DNA of 64,000 bases from Camelus ferus (taxonomy: Eukaryota): positions 58,034,001 to 58,098,000 of the forward strand of contig NC_045707.1 in the NCBI RefSeq assembly GCF_009834535.1, in the 5' to 3' direction. Shown in pieces: positions 13,433-25,500 of the stretch. Below the pieces are notes generated by a model. The model was not told the DNA's origin. It ran no database searches and worked only from the letters and a program-made list of their open reading frames with translations. A program made the position numbers and the translations under genes. Each line of letters opens with the position of its first letter. The stretch's first letter is position 1.

Positions 13433-15011
13433 TAGAAAAGCAATCTTAATGACAGTTGACAAATAACATTATCCTCATATACAAAGCATGGCATATTTCC
13501 AAGGAGACAGCCCAAGATCAAGGCATCTAGCCATAAGCCTGTGGAAGTATCTATGTGTATACAGATATTTCCTTAAACATGATTTTTAGAAAAGAAAAAT
13601 CTTTGAGTTTTTTTCTAAAAGCAAGTAGGAGAAGTTCTTGGTATTAAGTGATGATGGCAGAACATAAAGAAAAAAATTTGCCACTGATATTCAATATCAT
13701 TATCAAGTCCACTGTAAACTTTCTTTTTGTTCAAAGGCTAGATGCAGGGAAAAACCAAGCATATGAATATTCCACCACATTGTCCATCTTATGGTCATTT
13801 TAAACTCAGAGACTTTCTGAACTAGCCCTATGACAGATGAATCATTCAAGTTTCACCTTAAGGCATGTTCCTAAGGCTGAGTTAGGAACAAGTTTTGCCG
13901 GGAAACACTGAGGCACCTTAGCTGGTGTCAGTGGATGCAGCCTGCTATATTGAAAAGTGAGGCATTTAATTTTTGTCTCCTTTTAAGGATGCAAGGGATT
14001 AACCTCTATTTAAAAAAAAATCTTCAAGGTCTAGTTAATGTGCATAGAAAACATGTTTATGTGCTGATACAAATATTTTAATGAACTAATTTTACCAATC
14101 GAGACATTTTAGAAGTCATATAACATGAAAATTATAATAGCATTAAGTTAAACATTGCTAACTTTCCTTAAGAAATTATTATGCTCTTTCTTCATAAAGG
14201 TAAATCCCCCTGAAAAGAAAAAAAAAAAAACTCTTTGTACCAATAAAAGCTTTGGGAAGGAATTTGAGAAATTTATCATTTATCATCTACTACCTCCTAC
14301 AAAGATGGTGTTACCACCTAGCTCCAGCAGCCTTCAGGTGTTCGCCCAGGAAGAGGAATTCATAATGATCTACAGACCTTCCCAATGCCCCATTCCACCT
14401 GTACTTGATGCCCTGAATTGTGAGTGGGCTGTAGATTGTGGTCAAGGACAGGAATAACTTATCAGGCTCTGTAGGAAACTGAACCTATGACAAAACTCGT
14501 AACCAGCTGAGTCAACAGGCTAAGGACAGATAAAGCTGTTTACACAGACAGTGCATAATATAAATTTTCCCTTCAAACCAGATCATCCCAGTTATCCCTA
14601 CCGTCTCTCCCATCATTTCCCAATGGTCTTAATTAGTTATTTTTTCTCAGCATAAAATAAAACAGGGTCTTCTTTTTATACTCAGTCTGAAGACTCACTC
14701 TTTGTCTTCAACTGCATCAGGAGCTGTCCATTGTTACACTTACTTATGTCAATGTGGCCTCTTCACCGTTGGTTAACATGGTTTATCCACTTATACCCAC
14801 AGACCTGAACTTGGGGACACCCAGAAGCAGGGAAGACAGGTGATAGTAAGTGCCTGTTACAGTTTTTTGTGTAAACTCTGTTCTCCTTATGTTCTATATT
14901 ACATTCTCTGAACAAAGATTGTTACATTATTTTTTAAGGGTCATAACATACAGATGGTGTTTAAACATGTTTGCTGACTTAATAAAAGAATATTGGAGAC
15001 CTCATGGCTTA

Positions 15012-15197
15012 GAGTAGTTCCCAAATTTTAGTATGCATAAGAAGTCACCTGGAGGATTTGTTAAATCACAACCTTGGGCTCTATTCCCAGAGTTTCTGAT
15101 TCAGTAAGTCTGGGTTTGGTCCCCCAAATTTGCAATATTAGCCAGTTCCCAGATGATGCTGACGTGCAAGTCTAGAGATTACATGTTGAGAACTATT
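15012..15197. mobile_element. MER5A-like hAT DNA transposon
   Basis: agtagttcccaaa...gtcacctggagg...cccagagtttctgattcagtaagtctggg...ttgagaactat. Confidence 0.8.
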
Positions 15198-16073
15198 AAC
15201 TTAGACCATAGGATGTATTACTATAAGACTGTAAGCTGCTCATTCACATAGACAGCGATCACTTTCCTACTGTTAGCCTAGTTCTTGTACTCACCTGTAC
15301 CAGATAGAAATCTTACCCAAGATTTAACACAAATGTGGCAAGACTATAAAAATTGATTTCATCAAACTATACAAGGAAATTTATTTAACAATATTAACGA
15401 TGTGTGCTAACCGGTAGGGGCAGAAAATGACAGTTTGAAAAGAGGGGAAACTGGAGGGTGTTTCTGGGAACAGCAAGGGTGGAGCTGCCAGTGGCAAAAA
15501 TAGGGCAGTTCTGCACAGTAAGCTATGCTGCCTGGCAGCTCCAAAAGAGTAAGCCTGAATTTTCTCCTCACTCAAAAACAGAATGTAGCTCCTCAGCCAT
15601 GTCCCTGATTCTCTGTCCTCTGAACCAAGGATTGACCTCAGTCTAAGCTCTCTCCATTCTGTGAGGAAAGAAGGAATCAAACACATCTCTGCTATTTCCC
15701 CTAAGCTTAAATATAATTTAAGAAAAGTTGATTTTTCAATGCCATTCACCAAGTTCAAAATGTCATAGCAGGGTAACAGCATCAACAAGAAGTGACCCAG
15801 TCCAGAAGTCTAAAGAACATTTGCAAAATTATGTTAGGGATTAGTTTGCCTTCATTGCAAAGAAGGCAAGTGCACATTCAGTGAGAACTTAATGTAGCAA
15901 GCAGCAAAAAGGGATCAGTGGAACTGAGCAATCAAAATGCCCGTATTTAGACCGAAATAGTTTCTTCTTTTAGTTAGAAAAATGTCTCCAATTCCAGGTA
16001 GAGCTCAATGTTTCTCAAATCTGAATTGCTTCCTCATGTTGAAATTGGAGCTGTTCTTTTGTGTAACATTAAC

Positions 16074-16275
16074 ACGTTACTATACATAAAATAAACAAGG
16101 ACCTACTGTATGGCACAGAGAACTATATTCAATTCCTTGTAATGAGCTGTAATGGAAAAGAATCTGAATACATACATACATATGTATTTTTAACTGAATC
16201 GCTTTGCTGTACACCTGAAACTAACATTGTAAATCAACTATACTTCAATAAAAAATAAGAATTAAACAAAAATAT
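16074..16275 (+). mobile_element. Short LINE-1 3' end
   Basis: aaggacctactgtatggcacagagaactatattcaa...tgtaaatcaactatacttcaataaaaa. Confidence 0.85.
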
Positions 16276-16479
16276 TCCTTTATGTTGGATAAAATACCTA
16301 AATCAGCAGCTCCAGTATCTCATCCTTATGAAGGAATAGGGTTTTCAATAAAAGCTAAGGGAAACAACTTCTGCTTAATATACTTTGAAAACTAAGAGGT
16401 CCTTCTGATCAAATTCTAACTACACACAAAAAATTGCCTCTTGGCAATGTGGCTTCTTGCCTTCTGGTGTCATTAGACT

Positions 16480-18140
16480 TGTTCTTTATTACTTTCCTTT
16501 TTCCTGTAAACTGCGAATTGGATCTACAAACTTGATTAAATTTAGTTTAAACCTTTTTGACACAAATACTTCGTAATGACACTATGATCCCATGACCACA
16601 CCCAGAACCACATAATTCAGCTTACCTGTCAGTGACACTAGGTTTGACAGGTATGTTGGGTGATCAAGTATTTCTATTGTAAAGGTGAGGTTTTTTTTGT
16701 CCCTTTGCAATTAATAAGCTATCTGTAGAGTGATACTTGGACACTGGACAAATCTTCTCCTCCCTATCATCTTCTCACCCAAATAATTTTTAGATAATTT
16801 TTGCCTGAATGAATTACTCCATTAAGGGTTCCAAATGGTGCTTTGTCTAATTCTATTATTGCTTCCATATTGATGAGCTGACATCCTTTTGTTTAAAAAA
16901 AAAAAAAAAAGACCTTTCACAGGTTAACCGGTTTCAACAGTTCCTTCCAAAAAGACGTGATAAATACTGTCTTACCTGTTTCCAGAGTAAAGTGTTGATA
17001 TAATGTCATCTCCACTGGTAGCAAATAGTTTCTCTCTCTCTCCAGAACTGATGGATTTTCATTTATTTTACATTTTATGGTCATTGAGTTATTTTGGAGG
17101 GATGCTCCTTTTGTGCCAAATTTGGTCAATGGAAGATGCTTCAAGATGGCTCCTATATTCGAGGGCTTTCTTGCTTTCTGGCATAAGATCTTGCAAGCGC
17201 ACCTTTTACTGAACTGCCTCAGACTCAGAATCAGCCACTTCTTGAAGTAAATCTGGTCCTTTAATAATCAAGATCTGGGCACTACAGAGTTGTTATTGTT
17301 TCTCGACCCTTTCAGTAAAGAGAGACAGAATATATATATATATTCAAAATATAAGTTCATATCAATATTTCCAATTCAAATTTAACTTTATCAATTTTCC
17401 TTAACTTCTTTGATTTCATACTCATGTGTTCTTCATACACAGAATCTTGTCACCTTAAACATTTATTTTTTTCTCCAAAATAAGCAATAATGGTCAAAGA
17501 ATATAATACCAATTATTGGTACTAATGATAAGAATCACTAAGTGATGTTTAAGTTTTCTTTGTAGTTCTTTTAGTCTTTAGAGTTTATCTCACTAAGGAT
17601 GCACAGAGTCCTACATTCAACACTTAATCTTAGCCAAAAGGCTGAGAAGTGATTGTTACATTCAAAATTCATTGGAAATAAATTTTTTCTCTAGTGTAGT
17701 TGTGTTAGCAATTTGATATACAGTCAAGGTTTCTTTGTTTTTGTTTCCAAGTTGAGTGTTTTTTTCTTTTTAAATTAATCCTGTGTTTTTAATATGTAAA
17801 ATGTTTACATGATTTAAAAACTAAATTAAATGAAAAGGCATGCTCAGATTTCTAAGTCTCATCTCTCCCTTTCCCCTCCACTCCATTCCAACAACATCCT
17901 ATAGATAATAGCTATTTTAGTTCCTTATTTATACTACTAGTGTTTCTTTTTGCAAAAATAAACAAAATACATGCACAATGATTTTTTTAACTTAGCCATA
18001 TATCACGGAAATCTGTCTCATTCTTATAGCTGTATAGTAATTAAAATGGTGACATCACTGTTAGTTTATTAAACCAACGAGTCACCAGAGTCAATTCCTA
18101 GAAATAGAATTGCTGGGCCAAAGGGCAAATACAAAAATAA
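16480..18140 (-). mobile_element. Old LINE-1 (L1M-type) fragments, hosting the U2 retrocopy
   Basis: L1MC/ME-like text (gaatcagccacttcttgaag, caagatctgggcacta, tcctagaaatagaattgctgggccaaaggg); boundaries approximate. Confidence 0.6.
17620..17653 (-). pseudogene. 3'-truncated U2 snRNA retrocopy (U2 nt ~1-34)
   Basis: Reverse complement ATCACTTCTCAGCCTTTTGGCTAAGATTAAGTGT versus U2 5' end ATCGCTTCTCGGCCTTTTGGCTAAGATCAAGTGT: 31/34 identical, two differences at CpGs. Flanked by direct repeat TACATTCAA (17612-17620, 17657-17665). Confidence 0.92.
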
Positions 18141-18577
18141 TTTTCCTGACTAAGATTCCATATTGTTTTCAAGTTTTCCAGAAAACTCTAATAATCAGCC
18201 AGGAATCAATAACCTACATATTAATAGCCACAGTACAGTATTTCAATCAAAGCAACAAGTTTTAACTGAGCCACAACTTTGAACTGGGCATTATCAGAGA
18301 ACACAAAAAGTAGTTATTCTCTTGCTTTCAGTGAGTTAAAAAAAAAAAAGGAGTTGTCCTGCCCTAATTGTCTTAGGGAAAGAAAATTAACTGGCAAAGG
18401 AAGCAATGAGATCATACCTAAGTGTGAGGATCTCTCACTACCAGAATTTTCACAGTAGATATTGGATATACAGTACTTGCTAGCTTTCACATTTTACATC
18501 ACTCAGTGCTGAAAGTTGTAGTGCATTATGATCTTAAACCAACACTATCCTTACAAAGAAAAAGCTATTCTCTATAG

Positions 18578-18810
18578 CAGAGGTTTTCAATTTGGACATG
18601 ACCTATTAGTGGGTTATGAAATCCATTCAGCATGTACTAAACAATATGAAACAGGATAGAATAAAAAGTATCAGAATGCATGACAGGTAGTAAGGATGAG
18701 TATTATTTCTGGCAAATATTTTTATACACAGTCACACACATAAGAGCATATGTGATACAAAATTAATTTCTTAAGGTGAATTGTGAATTTTCAAAAATTG
18801 AGAAATACTA
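18578..18810. mobile_element. Old hAT-Charlie-like element
   Basis: Termini cagaggttttcaa ... ttgagaaatacta; similar to 6023-6280. Confidence 0.55.
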
Positions 18811-19034
18811 TTTGATAGAAAAGGAACAGCTGTTTTCTTTGTGTTTTTTGTGTACTGGCTACACAAGGTTCATGCTTAATGCTGATTGTCATACACTGCT
18901 GCAACCTAGTCTTAAGGTCTAAAAATATGCTCGTTTGGGTCTGGTGTGACATAATAGGATTTGCTCAGTGATTTTCAATTTTGACAAAACAATTTACTCT
19001 TTTTAGCTTGTAAAAATGAAATTTATTTAAAGCA

Positions 19035-19400
19035 GAAATGACAAACTGGGGGCAAAATCTGCTCAGAAAAGCAGATTTAAGGCCGGAATAATGTTATTTG
19101 TGTTTGTTTCGCCAGCTGAGGTTTTTAACTAGTTTCTAATACTCAAATATTAGGAAATTTCGCTTAAAATTTTGGATTTCTAGCTTCTCTTGGAAAAAAA
19201 AATAGATGATTTGGCAAGTCTGAGCCTCCCAGAAAGGGCTGGAGACAGGTCATCCTCTCCCCAGCTTGCCACAGTCTCCTTGTTACGTCCCAGTTCTAAG
19301 GCTGTCACTTGCATTCACTGCCTTAGTCTTGGCCTGCCCCCTCATTTATGTTCCCGCGTGGTCTGTAGGCACTTCAATTTCCTACTCCTGACCTGCCTCC
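19035..19400. mobile_element. MER102-like hAT element
   Basis: ggatttctagcttctcttggaaaaa...gatttggcaagtctgagcc resembles MER102. Confidence 0.55.
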
Positions 19401-20130
19401 GCTAGAGTGGAAACAGTAGCTGCACTCACCCCATAGACTTGTTGTGAGAAATAAATAATTTAATTCATGAAAGGACTTAGCGCCTCATAAATGCTATGCA
19501 GTATTACTGGAGTCAGGTTGCAGGGTATATTAAAATTGATAATTTAGGTCAAAGTTTCTAAGACTAAAACCATGGCATGGTGAAACTCTCAAGTTAGGAT
19601 AAACCGTTAAGCTTAATGCTTTGTAAATACGTATCTGAGAGGTTCTTTTCTAGATGCAGGCCTGAAAACCATAGATAAAGCCACCTGGAGTTCTCAGGCA
19701 GTGCATTAGTAATATCTGCCGCTATGTATGTTCATAGTGCACCATCTGTTACATCATTTTATTCGCCCAGCTCTTCCCTGACAGTCACATTTGCTCAAAT
19801 CCCCATTTGCTTAAGGATCACATTCCTGCTTTCTCCTCTTCACACCCTTTTTCTGGACCACATGCTCATACAGACCTGAAATCATCTTCACTTGAGCTCT
19901 GAGAATCTTGGAAAACAATTTATTCATCTCTACATTGTCCAGTATCCAGGTCTCTATCTATGGGTAGGAGATACTCTGCAAACGTTGTTTAAACTGAAAT
20001 GAAAGGACACATGGCTTCAGCCAACTGGAAATCTGGTAGCAAATTGCTTTTAGCCTCAGCTTCCACAAACACAGAACTTCTCATAATCTTTGTGCCCCTA
20101 AATGAAATTAAATCCCTATGCTATGAGAAC

Positions 20131-20318
20131 TTGGTTTGCCAGATTTAGTAAGTAAAAATACAGAACACCAGTTTAATTAAATTGTCAGATAAATAACAAA
20201 CTTTTTACTATAAATACTTCCCGTGAAATACTAAGGACCTCCTTAAGCTAAAGAATTTACTTATTTTTACCAAAATTTCAAATTTATAGAGTCTTCTGTG
20301 TTTTATCTGGCAACCATA
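20131..20318. mobile_element. MER53 palindromic MITE
   Basis: ggtttgccagatttagtaagtaaaaatacagaacacc ... ttttatctggcaaccata, with inverted arms. Confidence 0.8.
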
Positions 20319-21404
20319 ACAGGAGAAGCACTTTATCTTTGCTTACCCTTCATGTTTACTATTTATGGCATTTATGCGTGTTCACTATTGTTTCAAGTAT
20401 CTATCACAGGAAGTTTCAATAAATGCTTTTCATAGTGATAATCACCAGGCTTTCCTCTTTGACTTATGTACTATGTAAACAAAGCTGAATGTGTCTATAA
20501 AATAGAGGCAATAAATACTTCTGTAGTTTTTTTGTAATTTGGAAAATTTATGTGCAAATGTAGTAATTACTTTTATCTCAGCATTTCTAATAAAGCTTAT
20601 TGGTTGGCTGTGAGGTTTATTGTTCTCAAAACATGTCCTATACATTTTTAACATGAGTTTTCATTCCCTAATGACATGGAGAAATAATTCTACTCTAAGA
20701 CACAGTGGGGGACTCAGTCAGATACAGGGCATCAAATCTTTAGATGTAGCAGGGCTTTGCCAGTTCAAGGCCTGGCAAGAGACAGTGGGAAACATGTTCC
20801 TGGCCTAATCTGGGAACATAGCCCCAGTACTTTCACACAATTTGGCTCCTGGCTACTCTGTAAACTAGCATTATGTAAATGAGCATTGATTTTCAGGCTT
20901 TTGGAAAAGAGATCAATTTATAGTTGCATCTGCAGAATCTATTTAGTTAGACATTTTCCAATATTTTCTAAAAAGTGAATAAAAGTTAGTATGTTCTCTA
21001 TAAAATACAGGATACTACTTCACTCTATCACGACTTGCGTTCCTGGTGTGGTAAATGTGAGGCAGTAAGTGCCATTCAGACCACGTGGACCACAGCAAAG
21101 CCCGTCATTCAAAACTCAGTATCCTGATTACAAGTTAGGCTTCCATCAAGCTACACATACAGAGTTTGTTTACATCATAGAGTGGATGTGCTGTAGTTTG
21201 GTCAGCCCAGTCTTTCGTGTTTCTTTTAGCACCATCACCCTGACTTGCCCTGGGAAAGTGCAGGTGTCACTCTTCCTGCATTGTCAGTCTGTGTACCCTC
21301 CCACCCCAGCTATCAGTTCTAGGGAAGGACAAATGGCCTGGAACTGGCCTAACAGTGCACTGCATTCCCTGTCCACCACAATCTGTTTAGAGGTGAACAT
21401 ATAA

Positions 21405-22520
21405 CCCAGACCAGCCCAGTGATTCAAGTGTCCAGTACATATTCAGTCCAATGGATGAAAATAGATACCCGCCAAGGCACAACACCAAAAAATTTCAGAA
21501 AATTAGGAAAAAGAAAAGGTTCTGAAGGAAAATGTCTGGTCAGAAACAAGGGATCAAGAAACAGAATGGCTTTGGACTTCTCCACAGCAAACCTGGATGC
21601 TAGAAGATACTGTGGCAAAACCTTAAAAATTCTTAAAAAAAAAAAAAAAAAGATTTTTCAATACACCACGCCAAACGAATTAATAGAGAGGGCAAAATAA
21701 AAATACTTTAAATAAGCAAGATCTCCAAACTTTACCTTTTGGGTGCTTTTTCTCTCAGGAAGCTTTCAGAAGATGTAATCCTCCAAAATGAGGGAATAAA
21801 CCAAGAAATAGAAGCCCTGGGATACTAGGGAAGAGGAACCCTTGGATGACAGCTGTCTCCCTGGCACAGCTAACAACTAGTCCAGATCAGAGCAAGACAG
21901 AAGACTCCAGGAGAGATTTCTTCAGGAGCATGAAAATGAAAAGAACACTTCATCCATCAGAAGCTGTCAACAAGCTGAAAATTACAGAGCATTTCATTCA
22001 TCTAAAAGTACTGAGATACTTGGAGAATGGAGAGAGAGTTGACTTTGGATTAGTAAAAAGAACATTCTAGCATGAACAACATAATGCCAATATTTTATAA
22101 TTTGGGTCCAACAAAAGTGGCAATTTCCCATCGTTTAATTTAGTAGAAAACAAAGGGATCAAAAAGTCATAAAATGATCTTTAGGGGGAAAGAGTTGTGC
22201 AGAAAAAGTAATGTAATAACAGTTTACATACCTCAGTTGTGACTAGCATTTTCATAGTCATGATAATGTAAACACTGAATAGTGACCTAATTAGAAGAAA
22301 ATTATAATGATATTCCTAGACTAAGTGTTAGAGGAAGTCCTGTGTGTAGTGGGTACAGAGAAGATAAAAAAAAAAAAAAGCTAAATCCTCACCTTTTAAA
22401 GTGGTCAGTAAGTAAAGTCTAAATCTGAAAAATCAGGAAGTAGCTATATAAGGTTGTATTAAGACATAAATTTTGACACACAAAGAATTAGCTGAAAGAG
22501 TTAAAAATAACTGCCCCCAG
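21405..22520 (+). mobile_element. HAL1 / old L1 ORF1-like relic
   Basis: ORF 21419-21700 includes RMALDFSTANLDARRYCGKTLKILK, resembling the L1 ORF1p C-terminal region (IRLTADLSAETLQARREW). Confidence 0.65.
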
Positions 22521-25500
22521 GCTGGCAATTTCAAAAATTCAAGCAAGAGATAATGAGTCAGTGTCCTAAGACAAAGGCAGAGGGAGTGGAAAAACGGGAA
22601 TGAGAGACATTTAGAGGATTCTATATGTAGCTACTGGTGATTAATTAGAACCCCACGTTTCTGTCTTGGGTCACTAAACAGATAGGTGATGTAGTTATTC
22701 AGCAAGTCAGGTGAAATAAGAGGAAGAACAAACCTGGGAGTAAGGAGGATACAATATTGGATATATTATATTGAGCTATGTGGAGGACAAACAGATGGGA
22801 GTGTGTGGGTCTGGAATTCAAGAGTAAAGCATAATCTGGAGTGACAGATGTGACTCCACTACAGTGACTGGCTTGAGGACAGGGAGAAACCTATCTTGAC
22901 ATGAGTATCTGCAGCATCTAGCACAAATAGTCCCTAACATGTTTATTCATTCATGCATTCACTCAAGAAAAAAAAGTGTTATTTGAAATACTAGGGGTGG
23001 GGAAAATGGAGAAGAAGACCAGGAAACTGAGGGAGTTCATGTGAGAGAAACTCTTTGCTCTGTGAACAAGGAGGGCTGGTGGTTTTCCGGAAGGGAAGAG
23101 GACAAGGCGCAAAGGAAGATGAAACACAAGAAAAGGGTTGAGTTACATAAAGGATTGTGAATGTTGGAATCATCAGCGAAAGAAATGGAAGAAGCTGCTG
23201 GGTGAGGTGTCCAAAATCAGAAAGTCACAAAGCACTGTGGGGGAGGCTGAAATTGGACGCCATATTGTAGTGGCAATGATCCCAAGAATGGCTTTTCTCT
23301 AGCACTGCTCTCCTCTTCACCCAGAAGAACTATGCCTCTGTGTTCTGCCTTCTTCGAGCACTGTGCTCCTACTGCTCTGACAGCATTCGTCAGTATTTCA
23401 TTATATCTGTCTAGTCTACGTACCCTTGCACACCATGAATTCCCCATCTTTGTATTCCCAGCATTTGGCATAGGGCTTGCCGCATAGTAGGCACACAATC
23501 AATGTGTGTTCAATTGAACTGAATGCCTAAATCAAATGATTAATTTCCCTGCAGATTGTATTCAGAAAAGCAAGCACATTAAATGCTTGTTTTCATGGGA
23601 GTATAAAACTGTGGTTTGGGGGAAACCTTGGAGTTTTGACACACAAATATTTATTAGCCTGATGTCATTCAAAAGTGATAAACTTTAAAAAAAGCAACTA
23701 CCTTGTATTATGGACTGCTTAGATCATGTTTATGGAAAAACAAGATTAAAGGCAAAGCTTTCTGGACCGAAAGTTGCTATGCTGTTGCTTTTTGTGATAT
23801 GTAGCTGCAGTTCCTCTTGAGATAATCATCAGATTCTGTCAGACTGTCTGTTTCTTGTTCAATGCCAAGGCTAACTGGGCAAATGCATTTCAAAAATAAA
23901 AACAGTTTAAGGTAGAATGACGAACTATAATCACTCAAAATGTTTGTGTCACTTCTCATGTATCATCTAAAAATATTTAAAGTTCTTATATGGATGGTCT
24001 GTTCCTCTGTTGAAATTTTCAACTCTCATCAGGAGAGCAAACTAAGACTAAGTATCTTAGGTGTTTATATGTTTATAAACATAACAAGTGATAAGGTATA
24101 ACAAAAAGGACTGATCCAAATCTGCTAACACTAAAAAAAAGTTTTGTAAGTAAAACTTAAGTGGAGTTTTCAAGGAGATTTTCTGGCAGGAGTAGGGAAA
24201 AGAAGACTCAGGGAGAAAATAATGCCTTATGCAAGGGCATCAAACTGTCCAATAGGGAGGAGTTAATTCGATTTAAAGTCACTGAGCAGGCCATCTTTGA
24301 TAGTGGATGGGATGTCCACATGTTAAACATCAGAGATAGTTGCTCTCTCTGATTCTCTCCCTTTCAGACTATTAGAGCATTAAGACAGTTTGGCCCAGAA
24401 TGTCAGAGGCCTAAACAGCTAGCTCACCCTCAATTTCACATTTATTTCTGTTCCATGTGACCAGAATTAATGTGGGTTTAGTGTTAGATAGTGCTTTGGC
24501 CTAAGGCTATTTAAATCCACCTAGATTATAAAAATGGTAGCTCCCCTAAAACTATAGGTCAATATATCCTATTCCTCTGCATTGAGGTCAAGAGTCAAAG
24601 TGCAGGCTCTGTTTTACTTTGCCGTTGTTTCTTTTACCTATTCTGCCCAGGAATTTCTTGGAGCAGTGTTGAAGTAGGATTGTGGGTATTTGAGCCATGG
24701 CCAAACCACCTTAAATTTAACAACATTTTAACACATAACAGCTTTTAAATATTAGGATGCATTTTCCTAGGCATTGGTTTTGGCTGTGTAATGTCACTGA
24801 AATTATCTTCTTACAGGTTTGTTTCCTCTATGATTGAAGAAACTATTAAGTTTCCTAAAGATAACGACCTTCTTGAGTCTACTTTATATTCCTAGGGTGT
24901 AACACAGAGCCAGGCACATAGTAAGCACTCAAATGTTTGTTGAGAGGGACTGTTTGTCCAGTGCCAGTTGTATAATTAGAGTTTCTTTCATTCTTGCAGA
25001 GTTAGGAACAAAGCGGCACTGACCTGCTGCTATTTTGAGATGCTGACTATCATGGAAATTTTCCCAACCTGCTTTGCTGGGATAGTTCAGCCACAAGAGC
25101 TCTCGTCAACGTAAAAACCAGTACCAAGTATCTTCTGTAAAACCTTGGGGCAGGGAGCACGAAGCTATGCAAGCAATACCAAACTTGGACTAGTCTAATC
25201 TTGGCTCTACTGCTTATCTACTGACTATGGGAAAGCCACTTCATCTCTCGGAGGCCTTAATTTCCTTCTCTGTCTGTTAAGGGGTTTGTATTAAATTAAC
25301 TCCAAATTACCTCCCGGCATTAATGTCCATATTAAGTTTATCTCTGTATTCCTACCACCAGGGTGGACTCATAATACAAGCTTAATTTTTATTAGTTAAA
25401 TTAGATTGAAGTGGCCCCTGGGTTTCTCATACATTGCTTTACCATGTTTTAGTTCAAATCTAACATTACTTTCAATTGTTAAGTTTTAAATTAAAATCTA

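Noticed and set aside
11325..13889. 12-bp tandem TTTTGTATACTG (11325-11348) and 9-bp stem hairpin (13865-13889)
   Set aside because: Ordinary slippage product and chance-level inverted repeat.
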